A stretch of DNA of 13,106 bases from Candidatus Nanohaloarchaea archaeon (GTDB lineage: Archaea; Nanohalarchaeota; Nanosalinia; Nanosalinales; Nanosalinaceae), in NCBI GenBank assembly GCA_042217695.1, contig JBDGSE010000015.1, positions 1 through 13,106 of the forward strand, read 5' to 3'. Shown piece after piece: positions 12,649-13,106 of this stretch. Made by a program: the position numbers and the translations under genes. The first letter of the stretch is position 1; every line of letters begins with the position of its first letter. Below the pieces are notes generated by a model. The model saw only the letters and a program-made list of their open reading frames with translations, was not told the DNA's origin and ran no database searches.

Positions 12649-13053
12649 TCAGTCGAGCTGGAGACACCGGTGATATATGGCGTCTCCGTTGTAAACCAGT
12701 TTCACCCTTGATTCTCGCTGGATCGTGTTCTGGAGATTGATGGTGAAGGATTCCTGTGGCGGCACCAGCTGGGGGGAGAACGATCTCACGTCTGCAGGCG
12801 CTCCCTGCACGAACACTCCCAGTTCAGTAACGTTTATCGTCTTCGGGTTCCCGTTCCTCACTACGATATGTGTCCTCGAGTTCTGGTTGTAGCACTGTTC
12901 CACGTTCAACTCGGTCAGCCTGTAGTTGAAGCCGCTTCTTGGCTGGCTCTGCATGAGGTCCCTGGAGGTGAAGTACAGGGTTGAGGCTCCTGCCAGGGTT
13001 ATCGTTATCAGGAGTACCGTGGCGACTATCGGGGTGATTCCTTTACGGTTCAC
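12649..13053 (-). CDS. Archaeal type IV pilin/archaellin-like protein with class III signal peptide
   Basis: MNRKG|ITPIVATVLLITITLAGASTLYF is a PibD/FlaK-type cleavage site plus hydrophobic helix. Also VVRNGN strand, two Cys and an NVT sequon. Confidence 0.88.
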   Translation of the reverse strand: MNRKGITPIVATVLLITITLAGASTLYFTSRDLMQSQPRSGFNYRLTELNVEQCYNQNSRTHIVVRNGNPKTINVTELGVFVQGAPADVRSFSPQLVPPQESFTINLQNTIQRESRVKLVYNGDAIYHRCLQLD

Positions 13054-13106
13054 GGTTGGAGTTTGGACTCTCGAGATTTAACAGTTGATGGAAAAAGGAG
13101 GGAGGG

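Noticed and set aside
12641..12655. CGACTG-GCT-CAGTCG hairpin at the pilin stop codon
   Set aside because: Short stem overlapping coding sequence; could be chance, and archaeal termination relies mainly on U-tracts.

Overview
Compact archaeal core-genome window. The cytoplasmic proteins are very acidic (salt-in type) and the pilins are DPANN-style, so the source is most likely a nanohaloarchaeon (inference). Left to right: 5' end of tyrS (missed by the ORF track), a YbaK/EbsC deacylase, a type IV pilin-like protein, rtcA, a degenerate calcineurin-like metallophosphoesterase with an in-frame TAA, Hsp20, small hypothetical and wHTH genes, a SecB-like candidate, a membrane-anchored protein and alaS. 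The conserved secE-spt5-L11-L1-L10(P0)-L12 cluster follows on the minus strand, then a second pilin. The most unusual signals are in the ribosomal-protein cluster. (1) The L11/L1 and L1/L10 spacers each hold a palindrome-rich mini-ORF with its own SD that runs from the upstream stop to overlap the downstream start; both share an in-frame CAAAGATTT (QRF). (2) An antisense HTH plus degenerate LAGLIDADG-like gene separates L10 from L12. (3) P0 lacks the conserved GLGxLF tail. (4) A structured 5' leader precedes secE. No rRNA, complete tRNA, CRISPR array or transposase was seen.
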